NCBI GenBank assembly: GCA_951406725.2
Contig: OX597821.1
Span: 248,001 to 312,000, forward strand
Source of the DNA: Octopus vulgaris
Lineage: Eukaryota
Length of the DNA: 64,000 nt
Reading direction: 5' to 3'
The notes beneath the pieces are model-generated. The model ran no database searches. It saw only the letters and a program-made list of their open reading frames with translations, and had not been told where the DNA came from. Positions 46,816 through 59,845 of this stretch are shown one piece after another (the first letter of the stretch is position 1; every line of letters starts with the position of its first letter). A program made the position numbers and the translations under genes.

Positions 46816-48540
46816 AAGATGTCTATGGTATGTCCACAGGGTTTGTATCTTCAACCATGACCAGAATATCAATCTACTGGAAACTGATTAATACCCTCTA
46901 TTAATGCCATATCTTGAATGTATTGAATGTATATATATATATACACATATATATGTGTGTGTGTGTACATGTGCATATACTTATAAGAGCATGCACACAT
47001 AGATACACATGCATACACTTATTTCCTCTCTCTCTCTGTCTCTTTCACTCTGTTCAGCTGAACATAAACAAACAAACAGACCATGAAATAGGCAGCTAAA
47101 GTTTCAGTATCTTGCAGCTGACTTCCCAGAATCCTGCAAGTTTATCCACCATTTTTCCAACGATGTTGGCTTCCTTTTTGGATTCAGTATCTCTACACCT
47201 CATGGATATGTCTACAAAGATCAAAAAACAGCACAGCACCCATAACTCTTGAAAACGTTTTTTCACATTCAGAATTGATGTAGTATGGAGTAAACTACCA
47301 GACTCTATTATTAACTGCTAGGACACTGCATCCTTCCTAAGTTCCATGCTTCTTAAAATTCGCCTACATGCTTCCTAATGTGTCTATTACACCCTTTCTT
47401 TTCTATGGCTATTCTACATGTTTGCTTTTCTGTCCATTTGTATTTAATTCTGTGTATTATGCATGTACTTTTTGCTTTTACTACTGTCTTTCTATACTTG
47501 ACTTAGTGCTGCTATTTGTCCCCTCTTTTAACCTTTCCTGATGAGTTACAGTACACCTGAGCATTGCATACAATAAACTCACCATCGTTATAATCAGTGG
47601 ATGGATAGATAGGTAGATAGATAGATAGATAGGTAGATAGGTAGATAGATAGATAGATAGGTAGATAGGTAGATAACAGTAATTTTGTTTTCAATTTTGT
47701 TCATCCATTTTTTTTTGTGTCTTTCTTGTTGGTCAACCACAAAGAAAACACAGAACCTTTTTTGTTAAAGAAACAGGCGTTTTGAAGCTATTTTGTCATT
47801 GCAATATTTGCTATTTGGTTCAAAGTTCCCACATATGTGTGTGGGCACATGTATATATATGTGTGTGTGTATAGATATGCATACATATGTGTGTGTATAC
47901 ATATGCATACATATATGTATGATATACATCTACATATGTAAATAAATAAATAAATACACATCTATACTTTCGTATATACACATACATGTATATATGTATG
48001 TAAATACACCCACACATATACATACATACACACAGTAAAAGTTAATCTAATTTCATTTCAGCTATTTATTAAATTAGATTTATTTAGACATTAACTTCAA
48101 CAAAGTGACCCTTTACACTTATTTTTCTTTGCAATGTTTTTTTTATAAATTTTCCTTTTTTCATTATTTTGTTGTTGTTGCTTATTAATCTTTAATCTTT
48201 TTAGAATCATTTACCAACCATCTTGGATGGAACCAAATCGAATATCAACCCAAGTCATTCCTGTTTGTAGACAAATACTTCTTTTGTTGTGTTCCTAATT
48301 TATCAAACAGCAATGATGGTGGTGGTGCTGGTGTCAGTGGTGTTGGTGGTGCTGGTATCTAGAAAGTAGCTAAATCAGCAAATTATTTTTATCTTATTTT
48401 TACAACCCTGTAATCAGCTGTTTATTGCATTTTTATAGAAATAAGCATTAATGTTAGAGGAATTGAATTAGCTAAAAGTTCTTTTTCGTTTTTAAGTTGA
48501 CAATTTTTTCTATTTTCTTTTCTATTTTTAAAGTATTTCT

Positions 48541-48579
<39 letters not shown>

Positions 48580-49031
48580 TTTAATTCTTCTGTTTTATTT
48601 CCATCCATGACAAATTATTACAGAAAACAGACTACTATAGTGCCAAGTCTTGTTAGACCTGGTCTGGTTCCTCTTAATCATTTTACTTTGTCTCTCCACT
48701 ACTAACTCACCGTCCTAATTTTCTCCCACCATATATAACAAAAATAAACCTACTCTTTTGTGCAAAAACTACCTTGTATTCATTTAACATTAGCATCCAA
48801 GAGAATAAATCTTGCAAAAACTGCAAATAACAATAAAGAATTTTTCAATCTAAAGAAAAGTTCCTCTGTGGAATCTCCAAATTCCCTCTAGATTCTTGAA
48901 ATTTATTCTAGGCTATAAATTGCTATCTTAGATTCTCTCTCACTGTATATATATATATATGTGTATGTATATATATGTGTATGTATATATATGTATATGT
49001 GTATGTATATGTATATGTGTATGTATATATA

Positions 49032-49064
<33 letters not shown>

Positions 49065-49151
49065 GATTATGTGTGTATGTATATGTATATATATGTATAT
49101 GTATATATATGTATATGTGTATGTATGTGTATATATATATATATATATATA

Positions 49152-49555
49152 GGCGCAGGAGTGGCTGTGTGGTAAGTAGCATGTTTACCAACCACATGGT
49201 TCCGGATTCAGTCCCACTGCATGGCATCTTGGGCAAGTGTCTTCTACTATAGCCTCGGGCCGACCAAAGCCTTGTGAGTGGATTTGGTAGATGGAAACTG
49301 AAAGAAGCCCGTCGTATATATGTATATATATATATATATATGCGTGTGTGTGTTTGTGTGTCTGTGTTTGTCCCCCTAGCATTGCTTGACAACCGATGCT
49401 GGTGTGTTTATGTCCCTGTTACTTAGCGGTTCAGCAAAAGAGACCGATAGAATAAGTAATGGGCTTACAAAAGAATAAGTCCTGGGGTCGAGTTGCTCGA
49501 TTAAAGGCGGTGCTCCAGCATGGCCGCAGTCAAATGACTGAAACAAGTAAAAGAG
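49152..49555 (+). mobile_element. Full-length tRNA-derived SINE with CR1-shared 3' tail
   Basis: A-box-like TGGCTGTGTGG and B-box-like ATTCAGTCC. Tail GGCGGTGCTCCAGCATGGCCGCAG is shared with the CR1 3' ends. Inserted in (TA)n. Confidence 0.9.
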
Positions 49556-50121
49556 TATATATATATATATATATAGATATCTACATTTTCATTTGTGAGG
49601 ATATTTTCACTTACATTGGATATTATTAAATATTATTTATAATATCAATGAATCTTGACTATTTCTCCATCCTATGTGTATGTTTCCTCAGGCATTTACA
49701 TCAAAACACACACACACATCATATCACATATCTGTCTGTTTATCTCCCTCCCTACCTATCTACATATCTCTCTTCATCTATCTATCCAGCTCTAGTAAAA
49801 AAACCTTTAAATGATACCTTTAAACAGGTATCATCTCTTTTCTTGTTTCTTTTCCTCAGCTGCAGACTCATTACCACACTGGGTAAAATGCTCAGTGGCA
49901 TTTCATTTGTTTTTATGTTCCAAGTTCAAATTCCACTGAGACTGACTTTGCCTTTTATCTGTTTGGGGTTGATAAAATAAGAACCAGTTGTGTACTGGGG
50001 TTGATGTAATCAACTTAACCCCCCACCTCCAATCTTGTTGACCTTGTGCCAAAAATTTATAACCATATTTGTTCTGGATCTCTGTACACCAAATTCAAGT
50101 CTTGCTGGAGTCAATTGTGCT

Positions 50122-50338
50122 TTAACCCTTTCGATACAAACCTGCCTGAAACCACCTCTGGCTCTGTAGTACAAATGTTTTGTTTTCATAAGTTTTGAAT
50201 TAAAATATTCCACCAAACCTTAGTTACAATTTATGTTCCTAACACTAGCTTAATTTTACTAAATTCTTTGTTATATTTAAAATTAATTGAAAGAAACACA
50301 AGGACATCTCAAAATTAATAAGGTAATGAAAGGGTTAA
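50122..50338. mobile_element. piggyBac-type MITE (TTAA-CCCTTT...AAAGGG-TTAA)
   Basis: TTAA TSD and CCCTTT terminal inverted repeats. Related copy in opposite orientation at 54804-55033. Confidence 0.75.
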
Positions 50339-50441
50339 TTCCCTTCAGGGTTTACAAATAAAATATCAACCCTATACCAGTGCTGCCTTTTCTCCCTCCA
50401 CCTGTCACATCCTGGATATTCTGCTGGGTCAAGGGTGGAAG

Positions 50442-50517
<76 letters not shown>

Positions 50518-51215
50518 ACCTGTAACTGCTTGCAACTACATGATAGTCTGGAATCATTAGTAAAAGCTTAGTTCATGCTGATACCAAATCATCCTTGATC
50601 ACAAGTGACAGCTGTAGTATATACAGAACTACTTTACCTGCCAGGTGCTTGTAATTTGGCTTATGAACACACACTAAACATTGTTTTATACAATCTTGAG
50701 TCAAAGATGGCTCAGAATCACAACAGTCTTCTTAATCCTAATCTCTCTGTAACTTGGATTTTAAGCCAAAATTAATCTTCTGAGCAAGACTAAGAATGTT
50801 TACATAGATCACATTGTACATATGTATAATTGATGCAAATGCAGCTGTGTGGGTATGATGTTTGTTTCTCAACTACATGATTTTTGGTTCAGTCCCACAA
50901 CATGAGACCTGCTATAACTTTGGGTGAAGTTTCACCAGTCAATGCCTTGTATGTGAATTTGTTAAAGAGAAAGCATACATAAGTCTGTTGTGTGTGTGGT
51001 TGCATACCCATGTCTTTGTACTTCATATGAAAAGGGATTGAGCTATAAATGGTGTGGTTATGTTGACATTCCCTATTAACAAATCTTCATTAGCTCTACA
51101 CTTTCAAAGATGAGTGTATGGAAAAATTCCCTTACTCGAAAAACAGATAAGGGTTAATGACAGGAAGGGCATCCAGCTGCTAAGCAATACCTTAATTACA
51201 TATACTCATCTAACC

Positions 51216-51473
51216 CAGTTTTTCTCAACCAATTTTTACTTAGGAACCCTTTTGATTCATATTTTATTTGCACGTACCTTCCTAGCCATTTGATGTGTGA
51301 AAAATAATAGTATTTTTCATAATTAAATATTATTACGAATTGTATGTAAAAAATTGTTAAAATATTTTGTGTATTGTAAAAGTATAACCAATTTATTGCA
51401 GATAAATTTTATCAACAAAATCTTATATGAACCCCCCCCCCAAGGGCCATCTAGACCCCAGTTGAGAACCACT
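51216..51473. mobile_element. Possible hAT-type MITE
   Basis: Imperfect TIRs cagtttttctcaac / gttgagaaccacta. Confidence 0.45.
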
Positions 51474-51548
51474 ATGCTTTTTGGCTGCTATTTCTAGTTG
51501 AAGAAGTGACCATGTAAGAAACTGTCTCAGAAAGCAAATGAGTTTCTT

Positions 51549-51779
51549 ATTCATTTACTGCCCACAAGGGGCTACACACAGAGGGGACAAACAAGGCCAG
51601 ACAAACAGATGAAGTCGATTACATCGACCCAGTGTGTAACTGGTACTTATTTAATCGACCCCAAAAGGATGAAAGGCAAAGTCAACCTCAGCGGAATTTG
51701 AACTCAGAACGTAGTGGCAGACGAAATACCGCTCAGCATTTTGTCCTGTGTGCTAACGATTCTGGCAGCTCGTTGCCTT
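51549..51779 (-). mobile_element. SINE (second family) with 17-bp target-site duplication
   Basis: TSD aagcaaatgagtttctt at 51532-51548 and 51780-51796. Core aaggatgaaaggcaaagtc also at ~45770 and ~63025. Confidence 0.85.
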
Positions 51780-52399
51780 AAGCAAATGAGTTTCTTGGAT
51801 GAAAGACTTGCTGATGATGTCTGGAGAAAATGTCATGTGATCTGTGACTTGAAATCAAAGGAATCTTATTGAGTTTATTAAATGTCAACATAAATTGATT
51901 GACTTTTAAAGAAAGCAGATTTATGTCCTTGCGATGACAGATTGTAGTCAGCAAACTTAAATGTTAATTTCTGTTGTTGCTTATTAAGAAATCTTAATGA
52001 AAAGGAATTAGAAAATGTAAAAAAAAAAATGATTAGTAATTACTTAATTATTTTGAATTTCATATTTAATTATTCAAAACATCATTTCTGACTTGAAATT
52101 AGTGATGTTCATTAATTTTAGATTAACTCTGTTGACATTAGAAAGGAGAGAAGTTGAAAGAGGGGATATTTTTGATTATCCCTATGGGAATTTAACCCTT
52201 CTGATACCAGCCCACTTGAGACCATCCTGAGTTCTGTGATTCAAACTTCCTGTGTGAAACTGATCTTAATCGAAACCTTCCATCAAAATTCCTTGTTAAT
52301 TTATGTTCCAAACACAAGCTTAACAATGACAATTATTTAACTAAATTCATTATTTTCAAAATTAACTAAATCAAAAGCAATGTATTTTAACAAAAATAG

Positions 52400-52660
52400 G
52401 TGTAAGAGTGGCTGTGTGGTAAGTAGCTTGCTTATGAACCACATGGTTCCAGGTTAAGTTCCACTGTGTGACACCTTGGGTAAGTGTCTTCTACTATAGC
52501 CTCGGGCCGACCAAAGCCTTGTGAGTGGATTTGGTAGACGGAAACTTAAAGAAGCCCGTTATATCTATGTATGTGTATGTGTGTGTGTGTGTGTGCGTCT
52601 GTGTTTGTCCCTCCAGCCTCGCTTGACAACCGATGCTGGTGTGTTTGCATACCCATAACT
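52400..52660 (+). mobile_element. tRNA-derived SINE, 3'-truncated
   Basis: Copy of the 49152 family, following a MITE fragment that starts at 52192. Confidence 0.85.
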
Positions 52661-54803
52661 TAGAAAAAAAATAACAGAGAAAAAGACCCCTTGACTATGT
52701 GGGTGGAATATTTGAGATGGGGTGGTGGTTTTATGCTGGGTGTTGGTTGTGACAGAAGACAAGCACAGGTGCCTTGCTATAGAGGAGGTATGTGGCTACC
52801 TCACATTATGTAAGGGCAGATGGCTGTAACTGGGATGAGCAAAATCTCAAGATACAAAAAAGTGAAGATAAGCGGATACAAACAGTGGATTGGAGGATAG
52901 TTTCATAAGAGTGTAAGGGGAGAGTTAACATGTGGTTAGAAATGGGTGGGGCTGGGGGGGAGGGGGCAGAGATGAATTTATGAGCTATCATTTAGAGCCA
53001 TATTGTCATTTGAAATACATTGTTCCAAAAAGACTTATTTCATGAGAAATAGGCTACCAAACAAAATGGTTTAAGAATGTGGAATGTGATTAGAGAGTCT
53101 CGTTACTATTTCTAGCAAGTTATACTATGACCCCATAGAGTTTCCCCTCCTCTCCTCATTGGCTTGGGTGTCTAATGTGTTTCATAGATTATTCGATTGA
53201 ATTAGATGTTCTGTGTTGACATAAAATATATCTTTGGTAAATTCATTCTGAAATGCTTTCAAACATAATCAAGATTCTTTTTTTCCAAATTTTGTTTCTT
53301 CTATAGTTCGTTAAGGGTAAAAATACCAAGTGAATTAATATTACTAAATATAGCACACATCGTGACCCGCCCCACCTACCTTCTCCCACTTTATATAGTT
53401 TTTCTTCTTCTTCCTATAATTACTTTATATTGTTCCATTATAATGTCATCTTTAGTTATTATATTGTGCATAATTTTATGTTTCTTTAAAATTTACGAGC
53501 CTTCGTTATTTTACAAAGCCTCTTTAACGATCATGTAAATTTATTCTGCATCTAGAATCAATTTTACCCTCATATCGGTAAAGTCTTTTGTTGAGGAATT
53601 TTTGTAGGTTGGCAACACACACAAACACAAACTCTCTCTTTCCCCCTCCTCCGTCTCTCTTGTTTTACATTTTTGTCGTTGCTTTTATAATAGTTTTTAA
53701 AAAATGGGAGGGGGAGATATAGATTCTTTAGGAGATTATAATTAATCAATAATTTAATAAATGAAAATAAATAAATGAATAAATAAATACAGATAATTCA
53801 GAATAAGTTGAGATAGAAAATCCTTTTTTAAAAAATGTTCAGTCTAATTTGTTTTTGTTTTGTTTTCTTGAATATTTTGCTGGCAGAAATTAAAAAAAAT
53901 AATAATTATAATTATTATAATTTTAATAGTAATAATAATAATTATATTTAAAATTATTAGTGATGGTAAATATAATGACCCTTGCCTTCCCACACTTCCC
54001 ATTCTCACCAAAATATAATTTAAACTATAAATAATTTTTTCAATTAATACAAAACATGATAGAACAGGAGGTAAGCTGTTTGCTACTTAGACCTGCAACC
54101 CAGTTTCAATTCCAGATTGAATCTATTTCATTTTACATATGATTGCTAAGTTTTATGTGTTTTCTTTATTTTATATTTTTGGTTTGGTCTGGCAAAGGGA
54201 GTTACACTCTTAGCCAAACAACACATTACTCCAAGACCAGTGAGGTCAATGGAATTAGCATTATTCTTGAATGGTTGCAAGTCAACTGTTGTAGGAATGA
54301 AATGTTTGTTTTTATTCCTGTAACTGTTGAGAGGAAATTCTAGGAGGAAGATGTCATGGGCAGAAAGGACTGAATGTAGAGGTTTTATGCAGGGCCAAGG
54401 AGAGAGAGAATACAATACGAATATGATGTCAAGAGAAGAAATAAACGTATGTGCAGTAGTTAAAGTAGAGGTGACATGAGACCAGTCAATTGCAAAGAGC
54501 AGAGATCACAGTAGTGGAAGTAGAAAAGAGAGAGAGAAGACCCAGAATACCATGAGGAAGGTGTTGGTAAAGGACTCCATGTCAATGAATTGAGTGGAGA
54601 GTATGAGACATTTTTGTACAGCTGTTTTGATCCTGCCTATTTGCTGATTTGACCCTGATTTATTTGATATCAGACTATTTGTCCCCAGGACCTATTGAGA
54701 ATGTGAAAATTTTTGTTTTTATTCTAGTTAACAACAAACTTGTTATCACAACTACTCAACTACTAAACTTCCTTTAACTTTCACTATGATGGCTAGTGAA
54801 ATA

Positions 54804-55033
54804 TTAACCCTTTTGTTACTGTATTTATTTTGAGATGTTTTGTGTTTCTTTCAATCAATTTTAAATATAACAAAAGATTTAGAAAAATAACTTTGTTATC
54901 ATTAAGCTGGTGTTAGGAACATAAACTGTGACTAAGGTTTGGTGGAAGATTTTCATTCAAAACTTATGAAAACAAGACATTTGTACTACAGAGCCAGAAA
55001 CAGTTTCAGCTGGGTTGGCATTGAAAGAGTTTA
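54804..55033. mobile_element. piggyBac-type MITE, inverted relative to 50122-50338
   Basis: TTAACCCTTT start; body is the reverse complement of the 50122 copy. Confidence 0.7.
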
Positions 55034-56219
55034 TGAAACATGGAAAAAAAGTTTTCTCATAATGGATTTTTGCGTATCTCTCCCTACTTTTTCTATGTGT
55101 ATATTTCTGAGTAAGTAAAGTTAACCTTCTTGAGTCATAGTGACTCATAACTGCTGGCTTCCTGGTTTCCATGGTATTCACCACCTGGACAGGACACCGG
55201 TCTGTCACAGGCACGACTTATTTTTGCCAGTTGAGTGGACTACAGCAACATGAAATGAAGTGTTTTGCTCAAGAGCATGATGCATCGCCCGGTCCAAGAA
55301 TCGAAAACACAATCTTATGATTATGAGTCAAACACCCTAACCACTAAGCCATGTGCCTCCACTAAATTTCTGAGTGTGTGTGTGGTGTGTGTGTGAGTGT
55401 TTGCTTCTAGTGCCAAAAAGTACTGTTATCAAAATAAGTTAAATGTTCAGTCAGCTGCACCAAATCACTAGCACCCAAACAGTTGTGGCCAATTATTTCA
55501 TTCTGTTGAGTGGTGCTTTTTCTGGACATGCTCTAGGACAGGGTTGTTTCAAAATGTGGGTACACTGGGCCATTACTTGTGTTCCCACAAGGATCTAAGG
55601 ACCCAATGCAAATTTATGCTGTACTGTGTATGTAGGGGTGCCCATGCATTGATTTGTCTAGGAGCAGGGGTCTAGGATATCTGTAGCACTGTTCCAGACT
55701 TGGGAGCATTGTTCTGAAGTGTGTCTTACGTGAAAGTTGTAGTTGTTAAGAGTTTGAGCATTTCTTGGCTCTGAAGAGGTAAGCCGGTCTTTGGGAAGTA
55801 CTTTTGGCCATTTGGCTAAGTCTTTGGGAAAGGCATAAAAATTGCAACACACTTTCCCCCCAATTCTTCCTTCTTTATAAATATGAAGTTTTAGTTGTGT
55901 TCAGACAATACAAATTGGTATTTCAGCTATAATAGCACCAGTGGAAAGAGGGCATATTTTTTTATTGTATTTTTTCAAAAAAATCTTTTCATTTTTCTAA
56001 ATTTGTTTTTTAAAAGAATTACTCCCCCCCCCAAAAAAAAAACTATACCGAAAAATACACAAATGACAAATATATAAATATAAATATATATATATATGTA
56101 TAAATATATATGTATAAATATATATGTATAAATATATAAATATATATATATATAAATATATACATAAATATAAATATATAAATATATACATAAATATATA
56201 AATATATACATAAATATAA

Positions 56220-56258
<39 letters not shown>

Positions 56259-56464
56259 AAGCTTTCATATGGAATTTGGAAGTTTTTATCTTTTCTTTTT
56301 TTTCTTTGGTTTACAAATTTAATAAAGTTAATAATAAATTAAAAAATATATTTCAAAATATATATATTTAGATAAATAAAAAATAGACACAAATGACAAA
56401 TAAATAAATATACAAAGTTATATACAGAAAAGAAATGGAACTAAAGACAAAAGGCATTACTCAC

Positions 56465-56608
56465 CAAAGCATTTACTTTGATTGGTGGCGCGGTCGACAT
56501 AGACTTTGGCACTAATAACATTACCAAAAGGCATGAACATCTGGGCTAGTTCAGCATCGCCAAATTCTTGGGGCAAGTGATATATAAAAAGATTGCAACC
56601 TTCCGGCC
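56465..56608 (-). CDS. CELF4: CELF3-6 exon, N-terminal part of RRM3 ([49 protein letters not shown])
   Basis: tctccag acceptor and G|GTGAGT donor. 144 nt. Contains RNP2 LFIYHL and [11 protein letters not shown], typical of CELF3-6. Confidence 0.96.
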
Positions 56609-56759
56609 CTGGAGATAGCAGAAACATAGGCATGGCTGTATATAAATACATATATACATCATTATATATACTTAAATGGAGGTGCACATCATATACATAA
56701 ATATATTTATGAACACACACATATAAACATATATATATATATATATATATACGTATGTA

Positions 56760-56811
<52 letters not shown>

Positions 56812-57094
56812 TACATACACACATGAACATAACATACGTAAGTAAATAAGCATAAATAGATACATAAATATACATAGGTAGAGAAGTTTAAATATATTAC
56901 AGTTATACATATATGCTAGGCCCTCCTGAAGTTAATGGTGGTGGGTCATTTAAAAGAAAAATGGGTAGGTGGATGGGTGTGGGGACAAACTGTCAAGCTT
57001 CATAAAATTACAATAATTTTAATAATTATAAAATAATTATTTTATAAACATAGTGTAGAAAGAATTATATACATGAAAACTTTGTTATTTGCTG

Positions 57095-57350
57095 AAGGCT
57101 GTGAGTTCAATTCCCAGTAGTATGTTGTGTCCTTGAGCAAGACACTTTATTTCATGTTACTCCAGTCCACTCAGCTGGCAAAAATGAGTAGTACCTGTAT
57201 TTCAAAGGGCCAGCCTTGTCACATTCTGTATCATGCAGGATCTCCCTGAGAACTACATTAAGGGTACACAAGTCTGTGGAGTACTCAGCCACTTGCAAAT
57301 TAATTTCATGAGCGGGCTGTCCCGTTGATTGGATCAACTGGAACTCTCAA
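57095..57350 (+). mobile_element. SINE-like repeat (third family)
   Basis: B-box-like gagttcaattccc then ttgtgtccttgagcaagacact. Related minus-strand copy at ~55125-55360. Confidence 0.6.
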
Positions 57351-57421
57351 CAGAATGCCAGTATTTGCTAAGTCATAAACAAGAGCCACAGTCTCTCGTT
57401 AGATTCATTAGTCCAGGGTAA

Positions 57422-57470
57422 CCTATGGCTGACGAAATACAATGATGTTGAAATACTGGATGTCCCAAAG
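57422..57470 (+). ncRNA. Type I hammerhead ribozyme, copy 1 of a tandem pair
   Basis: CTATGG-CTGACGA-AATA caatga TGTT-GAAA-TA ctgga TG-TC-CCAAAG. Confidence 0.65.
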
Positions 57471-57678
57471 ATTCATCTAAAAGTTCTCCATTGGCAAAAT
57501 GCAACAGAATCTGTTAGAATGTATTAAAAATAAACATCTAAGTCATCATTTCAATTCTTGCTTTTCACTGTGTGTTTGATGATTTATTATTGGTTGGCAA
57601 ATATTAGCACACATCAGTAAAAAATTTGTTTACTGAATTTAAACAAGAACCATAAACTCTTGTTAGATCCATGAGTTG

Positions 57679-57727
57679 CCTTTGGTTGATGAAAAACAGC
57701 AATGTTGAAACACTGGATGTCCCAAAG
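57679..57727 (+). ncRNA. Type I hammerhead ribozyme, copy 2 (C3>U variant)
   Basis: CTTTGG-TTGATGA-AAAA cagcaa TGTT-GAAA-CA ctgga TG-TC-CCAAAG, 257 nt from copy 1. Confidence 0.55.
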
Positions 57728-59531
57728 ATTCCTTATGCAAATGAATCGACTGTGTTATGAACACACATCTGAATGATAAAATACAACAGTGTTTAAACAT
57801 ATTCAGGTTCAAATCTACTGGACATATTAAGAATGAATATGCAGGTCATTGCTCCAATTCTTGCTGTTCACCATGCACATGGTAATTTGTCAAACTTCAT
57901 TTTGTCTTCTCATGAATGAAATATTGGGGTGTTGGAATGGCCAAACAAATTCCACCAATCATTTGATGGGCATGAGCAGGAACTGACCTTTGACAATTTG
58001 AGAACTGCTCTACTTATCTCATGGATAGAATAGTCAAAGACACAAGTCAGGCTCACACTTATCAATCATTGTAGACTCTGAAATGGTGTTGGTGTTAGTG
58101 GTGGGGTTGATGCCTAATTCTACTGCCCACCCAATCTATATTTACGCAATCTCATAATCTGACAAAGGCACAAAAGCAACAAAAAAGAAATCTAAATATT
58201 TCAAAAGTAAAAACGAAATTCTTGAAACGACCCACTTATTGCTGCTTTTGTTGTTCAGGTCAACCCTGATTGAATAGACTTATAATCAAGAATGTTCCAA
58301 CTGTGACCATTCCGTCTTTATCCTGTGAAGAGGTAGTCAAGAACAACGGATGGCGCAAGTGATCTGGCTGTTATTTCTAGCAAATGAAGTAACACAAGCT
58401 TCCTTTCTAGTCTGTAACCCACTTACTGACGTTAAGCAGGTAAGCAAGGTCAATGCTCCTATCAATACTCCTACTACTGCTGCTATCATATGAACTAGAG
58501 AAAGACTCAGTAGGATACTGAGTCTTTTCTGAACTGTTTCAGGTGCCCATGCAGTTGTGAGTAGACACATGTACCCCCACCTCTCAGCCCTCCTACCCAT
58601 CACCTGGCTGAATATCCAAGATGTGATGGGCCTAAGGAAGAAACTGCTGCTGCTGCTGCTGCTGCTTCATACAATATTCATAACCTAATCCAAAGTTCAG
58701 GACAAAGAGCACTTTGGAAAGGTTTGAAAACATGTAATAAGTGGAGAGGTATAGGTGTATCTCTTTGGGCTTCTCTCAACCTCAATTGACTGTGAAGGCA
58801 TGTGGATTAGTGCTTAAGGCCATGAGTTCGATCTCAAATGGTGCATTGTGTCCAAGTTCAGTGAAACAGCTACTATTGGTCAACTTACTGAAGACAACAA
58901 AACAGCTGTACATCAAGTGAACGGTCAATAGCAGACTGTCTCAGAGATATGTTCAAAAGACACAGTTGACATATGAACCAAACCAGAGAGCCACAGCATG
59001 GTTATTACCAGTTAAATATGGCAGTCAAATTTCCGTCAAATCATGGCATGCACACTTCAAAATGGAAGAATATGAAATAATGCAATCCTAGATGCATTAT
59101 GTCTAAAGGAAAAGAGATCAAATAATCATGGCTTGAATACCTTTGATTATAGATCTACTGGATAATGGCTGACCTGGGGTTAAACTACAAGATTATCACT
59201 GTTATCATTAATATTACATAGTAGTCTCTATGTTTGAATAAAAGATGGGATGGTCATAGCTGGAACACCTGTGGATCAAGGCTGAGAAAAGCAAAACTGC
59301 AACATTGTCACCATTATTATTATTATTATTATTATTAATACAATCCTAGATACAATCTAACTCAAACACAAAAAAAAAAGGAATGGTCCCATTTTGAAAC
59401 AGCTTTGATTATAAGCCTGCTGGATTAGGGCTAATCTATTGGTTGACCAACAGCCACAATATCAACATCTTAAAGCATAAGATAACAGTGTGAAGCAAAA
59501 AAAAAAGTCCATTAAAAGTAACTTTACTTAC

Positions 59532-59609
59532 CCTCTTTTTGTGCTGTGGGAAGAATAGTGGCGTGTTGGGCTAATGCCTGTTGGAACTGACCGTACGCAG
59601 CCGGGTAGG
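59532..59609 (-). CDS. CELF4: CELF3-6 internal exon (AYPAAYGQFQQALAQHATILPTAQKEG)
   Basis: tttggttctag acceptor and G|GTAAGT donor. 78 nt, phase 1-1. Matches the CELF4 motif AYPAAYGQ...QREG just before RRM3. Confidence 0.9.
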
Positions 59610-59653
59610 CTAGAACCAAACAAAAAAAGAAATTGAGTATGCTTGCAAGCTAC

Positions 59654-59738
<85 letters not shown>

Positions 59739-59845
59739 TATATAAATATTAATATAGGCAGCTGTGCACAATGTGTTACCAAAAAGAAAAACTATAATTG
59801 TCACTAAATGTGATACTGATAGAGAATTAAGTCCGAATCAAGTGA

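Larger units (their letters stand above)
43510..47088. repeat. Long-range inverted repeat, arms 43510-43685 and 46930-47088
   Basis: ~160 bp near-identical in reverse complement. One substitution and a 16-nt duplication in the left arm. Confidence 0.92.

Noticed and set aside
47538-47580. CTGATGAG hammerhead-like start
   Set aside because: No GAAA or stem III follows; it lies in a decayed LINE 3' end.
51811-51835. CTGATGA...GAAA
   Set aside because: No pairing for stems I, II or III.
58590-58690. (CAG)7 tract as a possible extra polyQ CELF exon
   Set aside because: Candidate acceptors lead to an in-frame stop or a frameshift, and the flanking exons already join in frame.
59060-59460. Three diverged ~100-bp direct repeats
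   Set aside because: Look like stacked 3' tails of a common interspersed repeat (reverse copies near 58250 and 60960); no ribozyme core or ORF.
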